From positions 1-64,000 of the forward strand of contig CAXXXF010000018.1 in the NCBI GenBank assembly GCA_963667175.2: a DNA stretch of 64,000 nt, read 5' to 3'. Source of the stretch: Candidatus Latescibacterota bacterium (GTDB lineage: Bacteria; Latescibacterota; UBA2968; GCA-2709665). How positions within the stretch are numbered: the stretch's first letter is position 1; every line of letters begins with the position of its first letter. The position numbers and the translations under genes are program-made. This document shows positions 40,896-50,075 of this stretch, piece after piece. Under the pieces are notes generated by a model, which was not told where the DNA came from, did not search any database, and saw only the letters and a list, made by a program, of their open reading frames with translations.

Positions 40896-41101
40896 GCGCG
40901 GATGCGCCGCAGGTCTGTGAAATATCGCTCAACCGCTGTCGTCAATCGGGTCGCTGTATCGGTCGTGATACGCGCCTTTCAACGCTCCGGGTGTCCGTGG
41001 CGCTTGAATTTCGACCTTAATTCCTATATTTTTCGGATATCGTCGGTATGATACCTGTCACCAGTCCGAGAGAACTTCCTTTACGCACGCAGGTCGTCGC
41101 C

Positions 41102-41530
41102 ATGCAAAAGAACCCCTGCCAATCTCTGGGTGAGCGCATCGCGAGTGTGCTCGAATCCCACCAGGAAGTTCTGGAGGCTTATCTGTTCGGCTCCCACGCG
41201 CTGGGGACGGCACAGCCCCACAGCGACATAGACGTAGCCGTTTACGTCGATGAAGCGAATGTCAATGAAGGCACTTTCGGATATCGGGCGCAATTGACGG
41301 CGGAGATCATGGCCGGCCTCCACGTCAACGACGTTGACCTGCTGATTCTCAACCACGCTCCCCCGGTGCTTTACTACCACGTGCTGCGCGACGGCATCCG
41401 CGTCCTGTCTCGCGACTTGGCGGCGACAACGACGAGGGAAGGCTACGCGGTTTCCCGATACTGCGACTTCGTTCCCCAGGTTGCAAAAATGGATCCGCCA
41501 TGGCGTATGCGCGCCGATGGTGAACGGTGA
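41102..41530 (+). CDS. MntA-type nucleotidyltransferase antitoxin (HepT partner truncated)
   Basis: AYLFGS...SDIDVAV...VDLLILN; the overlapping GTG ORF at 41527 stops resembling a HepT toxin after about 11 codons. Confidence 0.85.
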   Translation: MQKNPCQSLGERIASVLESHQEVLEAYLFGSHALGTAQPHSDIDVAVYVDEANVNEGTFGYRAQLTAEIMAGLHVNDVDLLILNHAPPVLYYHVLRDGIRVLSRDLAATTTREGYAVSRYCDFVPQVAKMDPPWRMRADGER

Positions 41531-41602
41531 CTCCCGGACGTCCGAATGCCCTCGCCGTGCCGCTCTTGTTGACCTTCCGTCAAGGTGATGAACCGCCACC
41601 CC

Positions 41603-42703
41603 TCATTCCGGCGCTTCCTCGACGCCGTCCCTTTCCCAGATTTCCCCGTGCGCGTATTTCTCAACCCATGAGTCGAGATCTTCGGCCTGGATCCTCTTGA
41701 ATTCCGTGCTTTCGTTATTGCGTTGCACGACCACGATGTCGTCCGCGTCGAAGCTATCGACGAAGGCGCTGGACTGTGTGCTGACGAGCACCTGCACATG
41801 CTCGCTGACGGAACGAAACAGGGAGGCAATCACGTCCACCGCGCAGGGGTCCAGTCCGAGTTCCGGTTCGTCCACCACAATCAGTGACGGCAGTTTTTCA
41901 GCCGGCTGTAACAGAAGCGATATCAGACACATCGCTCGCAAGGTGCCGTCCGAAAGCTGATGCGGCCCGAAAACGAGATCGGACTCGCGATGCCGCCAGT
42001 TGAGTATTATATCTCTTGATTCGGCGGGCTCCAGATCGAAGTCATCGAAGAACGGCGCCACCTGCCGGACCGTGGTGACAATACTCTGGTAAGCGGTTTC
42101 ACTCGTGGCCTTGAGCGCGTAGAGTATCGCCGCGAGGTTGCCCGCGTCGGGCTTGAGCCAACGGTTGTCTCCCATGTAGCCGTATTGCCGGACTCTCGAC
42201 GACGGCGATGTATTGTGAAAGTGATAGACGCGGCAACGATTCAGCAGAACCCTCAGTGTTTTCGCCGTGGGCTCCCCTGTTTCCGCCACTTCTCCAATCT
42301 TCGTTTCCATATGACCAACGCCCAGCTGTACTATTTTGGGGCTGGGAAAACCTTCCTGATGGAACGCAGCTGTTTCTTCCGCGAATATGAGCGCATCCCC
42401 CGCGGCGTGGAAGAGTCTCATATGGTAGGTGTCCAATCCGTTCTCCACCTGGAACACCATCTTCGCTTCCATTTGCGGGGTCACTCCGGGGCCGAAGTGC
42501 AGGTTCCCCGTGGCCTTACCCGTCGCGCTGACGTGCTGCTGAAGGCGTCCGCCCATCAGTTCATTCACCAGCTTGAAAAAGGCAATGAGATTGCTCTTGC
42601 CGGCTCCGTTGGCGCCGATGAGGACGTTGAGCGGCTTGAGCTCCAGGGTCATCTCTTTAATGGAGCGAAATCCCTTAATTTCGACGTTGTTCAGCGTTGT
42701 CAT
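41603..42703 (-). CDS. ABC/AAA_21-family ATPase
   Basis: Walker A GANGAGKSN, signature LSDGT, Walker B VVDEPELGL, STQS. Confidence 0.88.
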   Translation of the reverse strand: MTTLNNVEIKGFRSIKEMTLELKPLNVLIGANGAGKSNLIAFFKLVNELMGGRLQQHVSATGKATGNLHFGPGVTPQMEAKMVFQVENGLDTYHMRLFHAAGDALIFAEETAAFHQEGFPSPKIVQLGVGHMETKIGEVAETGEPTAKTLRVLLNRCRVYHFHNTSPSSRVRQYGYMGDNRWLKPDAGNLAAILYALKATSETAYQSIVTTVRQVAPFFDDFDLEPAESRDIILNWRHRESDLVFGPHQLSDGTLRAMCLISLLLQPAEKLPSLIVVDEPELGLDPCAVDVIASLFRSVSEHVQVLVSTQSSAFVDSFDADDIVVVQRNNESTEFKRIQAEDLDSWVEKYAHGEIWERDGVEEAPE

Positions 42704-42756
42704 GGTGTTTCCCCCAAACTTGGAACACGATCCTCTTTAATTTACAGACCCGAATT

Positions 42757-42836
42757 TACATGGATGGACCTGCCTGCCTGTCCAGCCGGCGCAGCCAGGC
42801 GGGCTGAATCAGGTGAGGCAGGCAGGATGAACAGGA
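42757..42836 (+). repeat. Composite repeat: palindromic CCTGCCTGCC...GGCAGGCAGG element nested in the ACATGGATGGACAGGATG repeat
   Basis: Near-identical copy at 48441-48522; empty version at 10809-10835. Confidence 0.75.
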
Positions 42837-43045
42837 AAATTAACGAAAAGAAGCAGGAATGCTTCCTTTTCCGGCAAATTGCGATGGACCCGTGCGCCAT
42901 AGACTGCGCGACGGCACGCTGACCATCCCGATTCCAAATCCTGAAGGTTGTTGTTGTGGTTTGCGCCGAATTATCAATGAAACAACCGCTTATTCAATAA
43001 AACTACCTCCTTTCGTGGATATCGTAACCTTTGAACCGGGCGACG

Positions 43046-43351
43046 CTATTGAATCCGCTCCAGGACCCGTACCTCGTTCTGCAACCGCTCGCCGAGTCGA
43101 TCTTTCTCCATCTCCAGTTCGTAGCGGGATTGAAGATTCAGCCAGAATTGACCCGTGGTACCAAAGAAACGCGCCAGCCGAAGCGCCGTGTCCGGCGTTA
43201 CTGCGCGCGTTCCATGGACAATCTCGTTAATTCGACGAGGCGGAACCGAGATGTCTTTGGCCAGACGATATTGGCTGATGCCCAGAGGATTGAGAAACTC
43301 TTCAAGCAGGATCTCTCCCGGATGTATTGGGGGCATTGTGACCGCAGGCAT
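43046..43351 (-). CDS. higA: HigA-family antitoxin
   Basis: PIHPGEILLEEFL...RINEIVHG...TALRLARFFGTT..FWLNLQ. Confidence 0.9.
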   Translation of the reverse strand: MPAVTMPPIHPGEILLEEFLNPLGISQYRLAKDISVPPRRINEIVHGTRAVTPDTALRLARFFGTTGQFWLNLQSRYELEMEKDRLGERLQNEVRVLERIQ

Positions 43352-43360
43352 TAATACCTC

Positions 43361-43390
43361 CTAATGGTAGTCGACGATCTCCACGAACGC
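43361..43390 (-). pseudogene. HigB toxin C-terminal remnant
   Basis: AFVEIVDYH* immediately upstream of the higA RBS; the rest of the gene is absent. Confidence 0.7.
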
Positions 43391-43414
43391 GGTCGCAGTC
43401 GACTATCGCGGCGC

Positions 43415-46400
43415 TCAAAACACGTACCGTATGCCGACCTGGACCTCGCGCGGGTCCCCGAAGCCGGACTGCACGGTGCCGTCGAAGTTGAACAGCAGGC
43501 CCCCGGTGGAGGGGTCGCGGTAGTTGTCCGTGTTGAGCAGGTTGAAGACCTCGACAATGGCCTCCAGCGCGCCGTTGCCCATTGAAATCGGGCGTGTGAG
43601 GCGCACGTCCCACGAAAAGAACCCGTGGTCTTTGCGCAGGGTATTGCGCTGGACAATGCCGCCGTCGGCGCAGACGCGGTCGGACGTGGGGCCCCACGGG
43701 TTGGTCGTGGCGCGGCTGGACGCCCGGTTGTTGCCGCCGCACGCGGCGGAGACCGGCTGCGGCGAGTAGTAGCTCACACGGTTGTTCATATAGACGTCGC
43801 CGGGGAGTACGGCCAGCGCCCAGGCGTTGAAGCGGTGGCGCTGGTCACGGTCCGAAAAGCCCCACTCGCGGTCCAGCCGGGTGGGATCCACGTAGCGAAA
43901 GGTGAAGGGGTCCCGCTCGTTATCGTCGTCGGATTTGTCCCAGGACAGCGTGTAGTTGATCTGGAACTGAAACTGTTCGCGCATCACACGCCGCAGCCCC
44001 AGGCTGAGGCCATTGTAGCTGGACTTTGCGGTGCTCTCGGCTGTGATCAGGTTGCCAATGCCGTTTCCCCCGTCCGGACCCAGCCCGGTCGACCACGGAG
44101 AACCGTACGCGGCGTCGTTACGGTTCACGAAACGCGTGAGATTGTCGGTACGTGCGTAGGCATAATCGACGGCGCCCACAAGTCCCGATGCCTGAAACTC
44201 ATGCTCGATGCCCGCGTTCAGGCTGACGGTTCGCGGGTTCTGAAAATTCTCGTCGAAGACGTGGACGTTCGGCTGGAATGGACCCCCTTCCGGCATGGGC
44301 AGCAACTCGCCGTAGGTCGGCGGCGGGCCCAGGATCGGGGTCAGCTCGCTGGACCGGAAGAGGGACTGCCCGCGGGAGCCGTTGGTCGAGCGGGTGCTGG
44401 CCAGGTTCAGCCCCGGGATGCGGGCGTAGTAGACCCCGGCGCTGGCGCGCACGAGGGTCCTGTTGTCGCCGTGCGCGTCGTAGGCCAGGCCAATCCGCGG
44501 CTGGAGCATGTCCATGTCGGACGGAATCCTGCCGTTGGACGGGAACCTGTGGGCGCCCTCGTCATTGGTCACCGTCTTGCCGATGAAATCGGCGAAGAAG
44601 ACGTTGGAAGGATCGGTGATCGGGTCGGGCTGGATCTGCGCCTCCCATCGAAGGCCATAGTTGACCGTCAGTCGGCCGGACACCTGCCAACTGTCCTGCA
44701 CGAACAGCGCCAGTTCCTGCTGAGGGATGCTCTGGGTGCCGGCGTCTTCCACGGACAGCCCGCCGACGCCGGCCTGTTCCAGGTAGAACAGCACCGGTCC
44801 CGTGATCTGCGCGCCCTCGGCGCATACGCCCTCGGTGCTGGAGTTTCCGTCCGAACATTCGACGTAGCGGTTGCCGTTTTCCACGAAGTTGAGAAACCCG
44901 TCCACCGAGTCGAAGATGTATCGTCCGTTGGCGAAACCGATAAAGGTCTGCGTCGATTCGACGCGGTTCCACTCGACGCCGGCCTTGAACAGGTGGCCGC
45001 CCCTGGCCAGTGAGACGTTGTTGAGCAACTGGACGCGAGTGTCGTAGTATTCCACCGGGATGAAGAACGGCATCCCGAAGCGGTATCCGTGATCGAAGTC
45101 CATGCCGGTATCCGGGAAGGGGCGCCCGGTATCGGGGTTGACCGGTCCCGAATAGGGCCGCGGCCGGTCCTCTCGGGAGACCTGGAACCGGAACTCATTG
45201 ACGGTACGCGGTGAGAGAAGCGATACCAGGCTGCCGTTGAACGCGTGCGACCCGTCTCTTTCAATCGCGTTCGCGCTGCGTCCCCATGAGTCCACGTCGA
45301 ACGTGCCGTTTTCCTGCTCCGACCAAGTATAGTTGTATTTGAAGGTGGCGGAGTGGTCTTGCGAGAGGCGGAGGTCCACTTTGGCCAGGAAAGCGCGGGC
45401 GTCGTTGGTACGGTCGATGGCGCCGTAGTCTCCCCGCAGCGCCCCGTTGAACGCCGTGTCCATAAATGACCGCAAACGGGGGTCCATGCGCCCCGCGTCG
45501 TTCTGCCGGGTGTCTCTCAATACCTGCTGATCGTACGCGGCGAAGAAGAACGCCTTGTCCCGCTTCAGCGGACCGCCGAGCGTGAAGCCGAATTGTCCCT
45601 GCCTGAAGCGAGGCCGGCGTTCGGCGCCGTTGCGCCTCGCGTTTCCGGACAGCGCGTCGTGTTTGCCGAAGAAATGCGCCGATCCGCTGAGTCTGTTCGT
45701 GCCCGATTTGGTAATGACGTTCACGAATCCGCCGCTCGATCGCCCGAATTCCGCGTTCGCGCCCTGGGGAACGACGACGATTTCAGCCACCGCATCCAGA
45801 TTGAACGTGAAGGCCGGTCGCTGGCCCCCGCGTTGCTCGCCGAAGAACGGGTTGTTGAAGTCCGCGCCGTCCACCGAGACGTTGTTGTGGATGCCGCGCT
45901 GGCCGCCGATGGTCAGTTCGTCTCCGTCCGGCCCCTGGACGATTCCCACGCCGGGCGTCAGGAGCGTGAGGTTCAGAAAGTTGCGTCCGTTGTTGGGCAG
46001 GTCCCGTACCGCTTCCTCAGGCAGGCGGGTGGCCGTCTCGGTCCGGGTGACGTCGACGGCGGGCCTGCTGGCCACAACCACGAACTCGTCCATTTCAATA
46101 ATCATCTTGATGATCAGTTCAACCGTCTCTCCAACCCGGACCTGCACACCCGTCTGCCGGGCTTCGGCCCATCCCTCGGCGCGTACCGTTACGTCGTAGA
46201 AGCCGAGAGGAAGCAGCGTTGCGGTGAACGTCCCCACGTCGGACGACGTGAGGACTCTCCGGTAATTGGTACCCGCCTCCCTCAGGATGACGGTGGCGTC
46301 TTCGACGGGATTGTCGAACTGATCGCATACGAGGCCCCGGATCACGCCCGTCGTGGCCTGGGACTGTGCACCAGCCGGTCGGTATATCAGGGCCATCGAC

Positions 46401-46552
46401 AGCAGAAGAATGGACAGTGTGCGTATCAGGGATCGCAGTGGCCAGAGTGGCGACGCGCGGTCAATGGTGAATCGATTCACCGCCGTTCCTCGTTTTCTCG
46501 TGCATTTCTCGGGTTTTTCTCGCGCTCTTTGGCATTCAAGCTGTGCATCCAT
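43415..46552 (-). CDS. TonB-dependent receptor (Oar-like, carboxypeptidase-regulatory-like N-domain)
   Basis: LPNNGRNFLNL, AEFGRSSGGFVNVITKSGTN, QPRIGLAYD, C-terminal VQVGIRYVF. True start is uncertain (46396-46552). Confidence 0.9.
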   Translation of the reverse strand: MDAQLECQRAREKPEKCTRKRGTAVNRFTIDRASPLWPLRSLIRTLSILLLSMALIYRPAGAQSQATTGVIRGLVCDQFDNPVEDATVILREAGTNYRRVLTSSDVGTFTATLLPLGFYDVTVRAEGWAEARQTGVQVRVGETVELIIKMIIEMDEFVVVASRPAVDVTRTETATRLPEEAVRDLPNNGRNFLNLTLLTPGVGIVQGPDGDELTIGGQRGIHNNVSVDGADFNNPFFGEQRGGQRPAFTFNLDAVAEIVVVPQGANAEFGRSSGGFVNVITKSGTNRLSGSAHFFGKHDALSGNARRNGAERRPRFRQGQFGFTLGGPLKRDKAFFFAAYDQQVLRDTRQNDAGRMDPRLRSFMDTAFNGALRGDYGAIDRTNDARAFLAKVDLRLSQDHSATFKYNYTWSEQENGTFDVDSWGRSANAIERDGSHAFNGSLVSLLSPRTVNEFRFQVSREDRPRPYSGPVNPDTGRPFPDTGMDFDHGYRFGMPFFIPVEYYDTRVQLLNNVSLARGGHLFKAGVEWNRVESTQTFIGFANGRYIFDSVDGFLNFVENGNRYVECSDGNSSTEGVCAEGAQITGPVLFYLEQAGVGGLSVEDAGTQSIPQQELALFVQDSWQVSGRLTVNYGLRWEAQIQPDPITDPSNVFFADFIGKTVTNDEGAHRFPSNGRIPSDMDMLQPRIGLAYDAHGDNRTLVRASAGVYYARIPGLNLASTRSTNGSRGQSLFRSSELTPILGPPPTYGELLPMPEGGPFQPNVHVFDENFQNPRTVSLNAGIEHEFQASGLVGAVDYAYARTDNLTRFVNRNDAAYGSPWSTGLGPDGGNGIGNLITAESTAKSSYNGLSLGLRRVMREQFQFQINYTLSWDKSDDDNERDPFTFRYVDPTRLDREWGFSDRDQRHRFNAWALAVLPGDVYMNNRVSYYSPQPVSAACGGNNRASSRATTNPWGPTSDRVCADGGIVQRNTLRKDHGFFSWDVRLTRPISMGNGALEAIVEVFNLLNTDNYRDPSTGGLLFNFDGTVQSGFGDPREVQVGIRYVF

Positions 46553-46643
46553 GTAAATTGTCGCATTTTCAATTCAGTTAGCCAACAAAAAAAGCGACCC
46601 GTAAGTCGCCTTCGTTCACGTCACCCAGCCATTTGCGCCGCGG

Positions 46644-47156
46644 TCATGCCGCCGAGCCCGGCCGGCGCAACTCGACGCGGCCGCGTTCGAGCAAGGTGAC
46701 CACCCTGGCCTCCGAACATTGCATCCGCCCCGCGATCTGCGCGATGGTCTTTCCTTCGTCCCGATAGAGGCGCACGGCCTCGTCCCGGTCGAATCCAGGT
46801 ACGTATCCTTTGGCGCCCTTCAATCCCGCGTGTTTGGTGACCTGGATATCCCCGGTAACCTCCACCTGGCAGGCCAGGCGCAGGTTCCCCTTCAGCAGCA
46901 GAAAGCGCAGGTTCTCCCTGGCGCCCTTGACGCTAAGGCCGTCCTGAGGGACGACCTCGACGGTGCAGGTCCCGCACAGCCCGTTGCCTTCGCAATTCAC
47001 AAACCGGGTGATTCCGTTATAAAGCCCGATATCGTTGTCTATTGCCAGCTGCCGGAGGTTGGTGTGCGGTTTGCACTCGACCGTTTTGTTCCAGTTCGTG
47101 AACGTAACCTTGCAGACCTTTTTTCGCTCGGGCAGGCTGCCAATGAAAGTGGACAT
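46644..47156 (-). CDS. 2Fe-2S ferredoxin with C-terminal HTH-like extension
   Basis: CEGNGLCGTC...RLACQ. Confidence 0.85.
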   Translation of the reverse strand: MSTFIGSLPERKKVCKVTFTNWNKTVECKPHTNLRQLAIDNDIGLYNGITRFVNCEGNGLCGTCTVEVVPQDGLSVKGARENLRFLLLKGNLRLACQVEVTGDIQVTKHAGLKGAKGYVPGFDRDEAVRLYRDEGKTIAQIAGRMQCSEARVVTLLERGRVELRRPGSAA

Positions 47157-47256
47157 AAAACCTCAAGAAAGCCAGCGGTCAGCATTCAGCTCTCAGCCGT
47201 CAGCTAAAGGCAAAAACCGAAAATCGAACTGCGATTTCTACGCCTGCATGGATTTT

Positions 47257-47281
47257 GTAGGGGCGACCCTTGTGGTCGCCC
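47257..47281 (+). repeat. GTAG-family REP element
   Basis: GTAG followed by the hairpin GGGCGACC-CTTGT-GGTCGCCC. Confidence 0.65.
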
Positions 47282-47525
47282 GGACACCGGGCATCACACT
47301 GCCGGCGGCGGGTGGACGTCTCCTTTCTTCCCTCTCCCTTCCGACGGTTTACAAGGTATTGATTTTCGCCGTTGAACACAAGTGGAAAACGGCGTCGTGA
47401 GCAATCCCGCCGAAAACCGATTGATAGGTGCGCGCCCGTGTCAAATTTGGTATATTTATGCGCCTGGAAGGGCAGGCCTCTTTCAGGAAACCCGCGATTG
47501 CAGGCAGCGAGGACGTGCGATTCCG

Positions 47526-48428
47526 ATGAACGATAGCAAGACAACGTCGACGCCATCCGCCGAGCAGGCCGTGCGGCGGGCCGTCACCTCTCACCCGAGG
47601 CTGTTCGAGAATAACCGGTACGTGTATCCCGTGCTTTCCCGGCGGTCCGGAGGCATCTCCTTAGGGATCAATCTGAATCCGGACAAGATCTGCAACTTCG
47701 ACTGCATCTATTGCCAGGTCGACCGCACGGTTCCGCCCGTGCTGCGCAAGGTGGACGAAGACCGGATCATCCAGGAATTGGAGGCCCTCCTGGGCGACAT
47801 GCTGAGCGGCGGGATCTTCCAGCACGCGCCCTTCCGCGGAATCCCCGACCGGCTCAAGCGGATCAACGATATCGCCTTCTCGGGCGACGGCGAACCCACG
47901 ACCTATCCCCGGTTCAGGGAGGTCGTCGAAAAAACCGCGGACCTCAAGGGACGGTTCGGCCTTGATGACGTCAAGATCACTGCCATCACCAACTGTACAC
48001 GCTTTCACGTTCCCGCGGTGCTCGAAGCCTTCGAAATCATGCACCGGAACAACGGTGAAATCTGGGCGAAGCTGGAGGCCGGCACGGCCGAATACTACCA
48101 CCTGGTGGAACGCACCCGCATCTCCTTCGAGCGTATCATCGACAACCTCAAACTGGCCGCGCGAAGATGGCCGCTGGTCATCCAGAGCCTGTTCATGCGC
48201 GTTCACGGCCAGCCGCCGCCCGACGACGAAATCCTCGCCTTCTGCAACGTCCTGTCCGACCTCCTCGAACAGGGTGGGCAACTCAAGAACATTCAGATCT
48301 ACACGGTCGCACGAAAGCCCGCCGAATCGTACGTGACCGCCCTGACCGACGCCGAAGTCGACCGCATCGTCCAAACCACTCGCGAAATCCTGCCCGGCAT
48401 CCCCGTCGAAGCCTACTACGGCGCCTGA
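47526..48428 (+). CDS. Radical SAM protein
   Basis: YPVLSRRSGGISLGINL, CNFDCIYC, FSGDGEPT. Confidence 0.88.
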   Translation: MNDSKTTSTPSAEQAVRRAVTSHPRLFENNRYVYPVLSRRSGGISLGINLNPDKICNFDCIYCQVDRTVPPVLRKVDEDRIIQELEALLGDMLSGGIFQHAPFRGIPDRLKRINDIAFSGDGEPTTYPRFREVVEKTADLKGRFGLDDVKITAITNCTRFHVPAVLEAFEIMHRNNGEIWAKLEAGTAEYYHLVERTRISFERIIDNLKLAARRWPLVIQSLFMRVHGQPPPDDEILAFCNVLSDLLEQGGQLKNIQIYTVARKPAESYVTALTDAEVDRIVQTTREILPGIPVEAYYGA

Positions 48429-48440
48429 ATCGCATCAACT

Positions 48441-48522
48441 TACATGAGATGGACCTGCCTGCCTGTCCAGCCAGCGCAGCCAGGCGGGCTGAAGCAGGCG
48501 AGGCAGGCAGGATGAACCGGAT
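48441..48522 (+). repeat. Second copy of the nested composite repeat
   Basis: Matches 42757-42836. Confidence 0.75.
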
Positions 48523-48601
48523 AGAAGGGCGGGGTGTCAATCCCGTCCGGCTACATCGCAGCCTTTCCATATATGTATTTCCAACCTGCTGGAGAAAAGA
48601 T

Positions 48602-48844
48602 ATGAAGACCCGTTTGCAGAATTGTGGCGATGATTTCGCCGTGTGTATTCCCAGACGAATTGCTGATGAGATCGGACTTGAACCCAATTCACCGGTTGAA
48701 CTATCGCTCCGTGGCAAGGAGTTGGTCATCAAGCCTTTCGCGTCGTCCGCGGCGGATTTGGACGACCTTCTCGCCGGGGTGACCGAGCACAACCTGCACG
48801 GTGAATTGGATACCGGATCCCCGACGGGCCGTGAAGTCTGGTGA
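48602..48844 (+). CDS. AbrB/MazE-type antitoxin (MazF partner absent)
   Basis: MKTRLQNCGDDFAVCIP...LDDLLAGVTEHNLHGELDTGSPTGREVW, a MazE-like C-terminus. Confidence 0.8.
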   Translation: MKTRLQNCGDDFAVCIPRRIADEIGLEPNSPVELSLRGKELVIKPFASSAADLDDLLAGVTEHNLHGELDTGSPTGREVW

Positions 48845-48942
48845 CGTCAAACGGTAGATTGAACCGCGCTTTTGCCGCAGGTGGCCCCGCTGAGAGCGCG
48901 CCGCCGTTGCTCTCTGGAATGGGATCTGGCGAGATTTCAGTC

Positions 48943-48984
48943 TTGACATTGTATCCTAAAGTGTGCATATTATGTGTACACTTT
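48943..48984 (+). promoter_or_regulatory. Promoter/operator of the phd-vapC locus
   Basis: TTGACA -35 box and an imperfect inverted repeat AAGTGTGCATA..TGTGTACACTT over the -10 region. Confidence 0.5.
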
Positions 48985-48997
48985 TCGGGGAGGATAT

Positions 48998-49243
48998 ATG
49001 AAGGCATCCATTCTTGACTTGAGGCGGCGGATGAAGGACGTCCTGCTCGCGCTCGACCGAAGCGAGGCAGTTACCATCTATTATCGAGGCAAGGAAAAGG
49101 CCATCCTCACGCCCAGCCGGCAGCGAACGGAAAGTTGTGTATCTGACCATACAGCTTTCGGGATGTGGCGGGACAGGAAAGAGATGGCGGACGTCGGTTT
49201 GTACGTCCGGAATCTGCGCAAAGGCCGCCTGGATGATCTTTGA
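48998..49243 (+). CDS. Phd/YefM-family antitoxin
   Basis: MKASILDLRRRMKDVLLALDRSEAVTIYYRGKEKAIL; overlaps the PIN gene. Confidence 0.8.
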   Translation: MKASILDLRRRMKDVLLALDRSEAVTIYYRGKEKAILTPSRQRTESCVSDHTAFGMWRDRKEMADVGLYVRNLRKGRLDDL

Positions 49244-49610
49244 TACCGACGTTCTGATATGGGTATTCAGGGGACACGATGGGGCTGCACGAATTATCGA
49301 ACGAACCGATGGTCGCCGGATATCGCTCGTCACGTATGGGGAGCTGATCCAGGGTGCGAGAAGCCGGCAGGAATTGAGGGAAATCAAATACTTCCTCAAA
49401 GATCACGACTTTCAGACCTTGCCGCTCACTGAAAACATCGGCCATCGTGCGTCTGTCTATATGGAGGAATATACCCTCAAGACCGCTCTTTCCCTGGCTG
49501 ATGCACTGATCGCCGCAACGGCCGTCGATAACCATCTGACGCTCTGCACGGGAATCAGAAAACACTACCGCGTCATCAACGAACTCGATCTGAAGACCTT
49601 TCGGGTGTGA
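49233..49610 (+). CDS. vapC: VapC PIN-domain toxin
   Basis: MIFDTDVLI, GELIQG, ADALIAATA; the last motif reads TGIRKHY instead of TxNxKHF. Confidence 0.88.
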   Translation: MIFDTDVLIWVFRGHDGAARIIERTDGRRISLVTYGELIQGARSRQELREIKYFLKDHDFQTLPLTENIGHRASVYMEEYTLKTALSLADALIAATAVDNHLTLCTGIRKHYRVINELDLKTFRV

Positions 49611-49709
49611 AATAGGAGAGACGTTCGGACATCCGAGATCTCACGCCAAGAATCAAGAATCCTGGCGCCAATCCTCCCATCTCGACAGATCGCCTCGAAG
49701 ACCACCAAG

Positions 49710-49748
49710 AAGCCCAACGGTCACAGCGACACCGTTGGGCTTTATTTT
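49710..49748. terminator. Hairpin/terminator, repeated at 53124-53160
   Basis: AAGCCCAACGGT-loop-ACCGTTGGGCTT followed by T-rich sequence. Confidence 0.65.
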
Positions 49749-50075
49749 ATAAAGTCAAGTTCGCTTCCGATCAGATTCTGAGAACGTGCCGAACGGGACG
49801 AAGCGATGGGTATATGGCCCAAACGCCGGATGTTACTCCGTGGAAACGAACCCGTCCAGTGATACGTACTTCGGGGACCGAATGCGAGTTCAACTTCCTT
49901 TCGGACTGACCATTGCAACTACCGGTCTTACACTAAAAGGCATGAACACAACAACTCGCCAATTGACCCTTTTAACTAAATTTCGTCGTCTCGGGATGCG
50001 ATAGCGAAGCACGACGAGCGGCGCAAGCGTCTGCCGATGCCTAGAGGGTTCGTGCCGATTCAGCCAGAAACTCAG

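Noticed and set aside
43625-45013. 462 aa + strand ORF
   Set aside because: Antisense shadow of the TonB-dependent receptor.
47170-47205. 7-bp tandem repeats (also at about 21677-21700) as a functional array
   Set aside because: Only 3-5 degenerate units; common low-complexity intergenic repeats.
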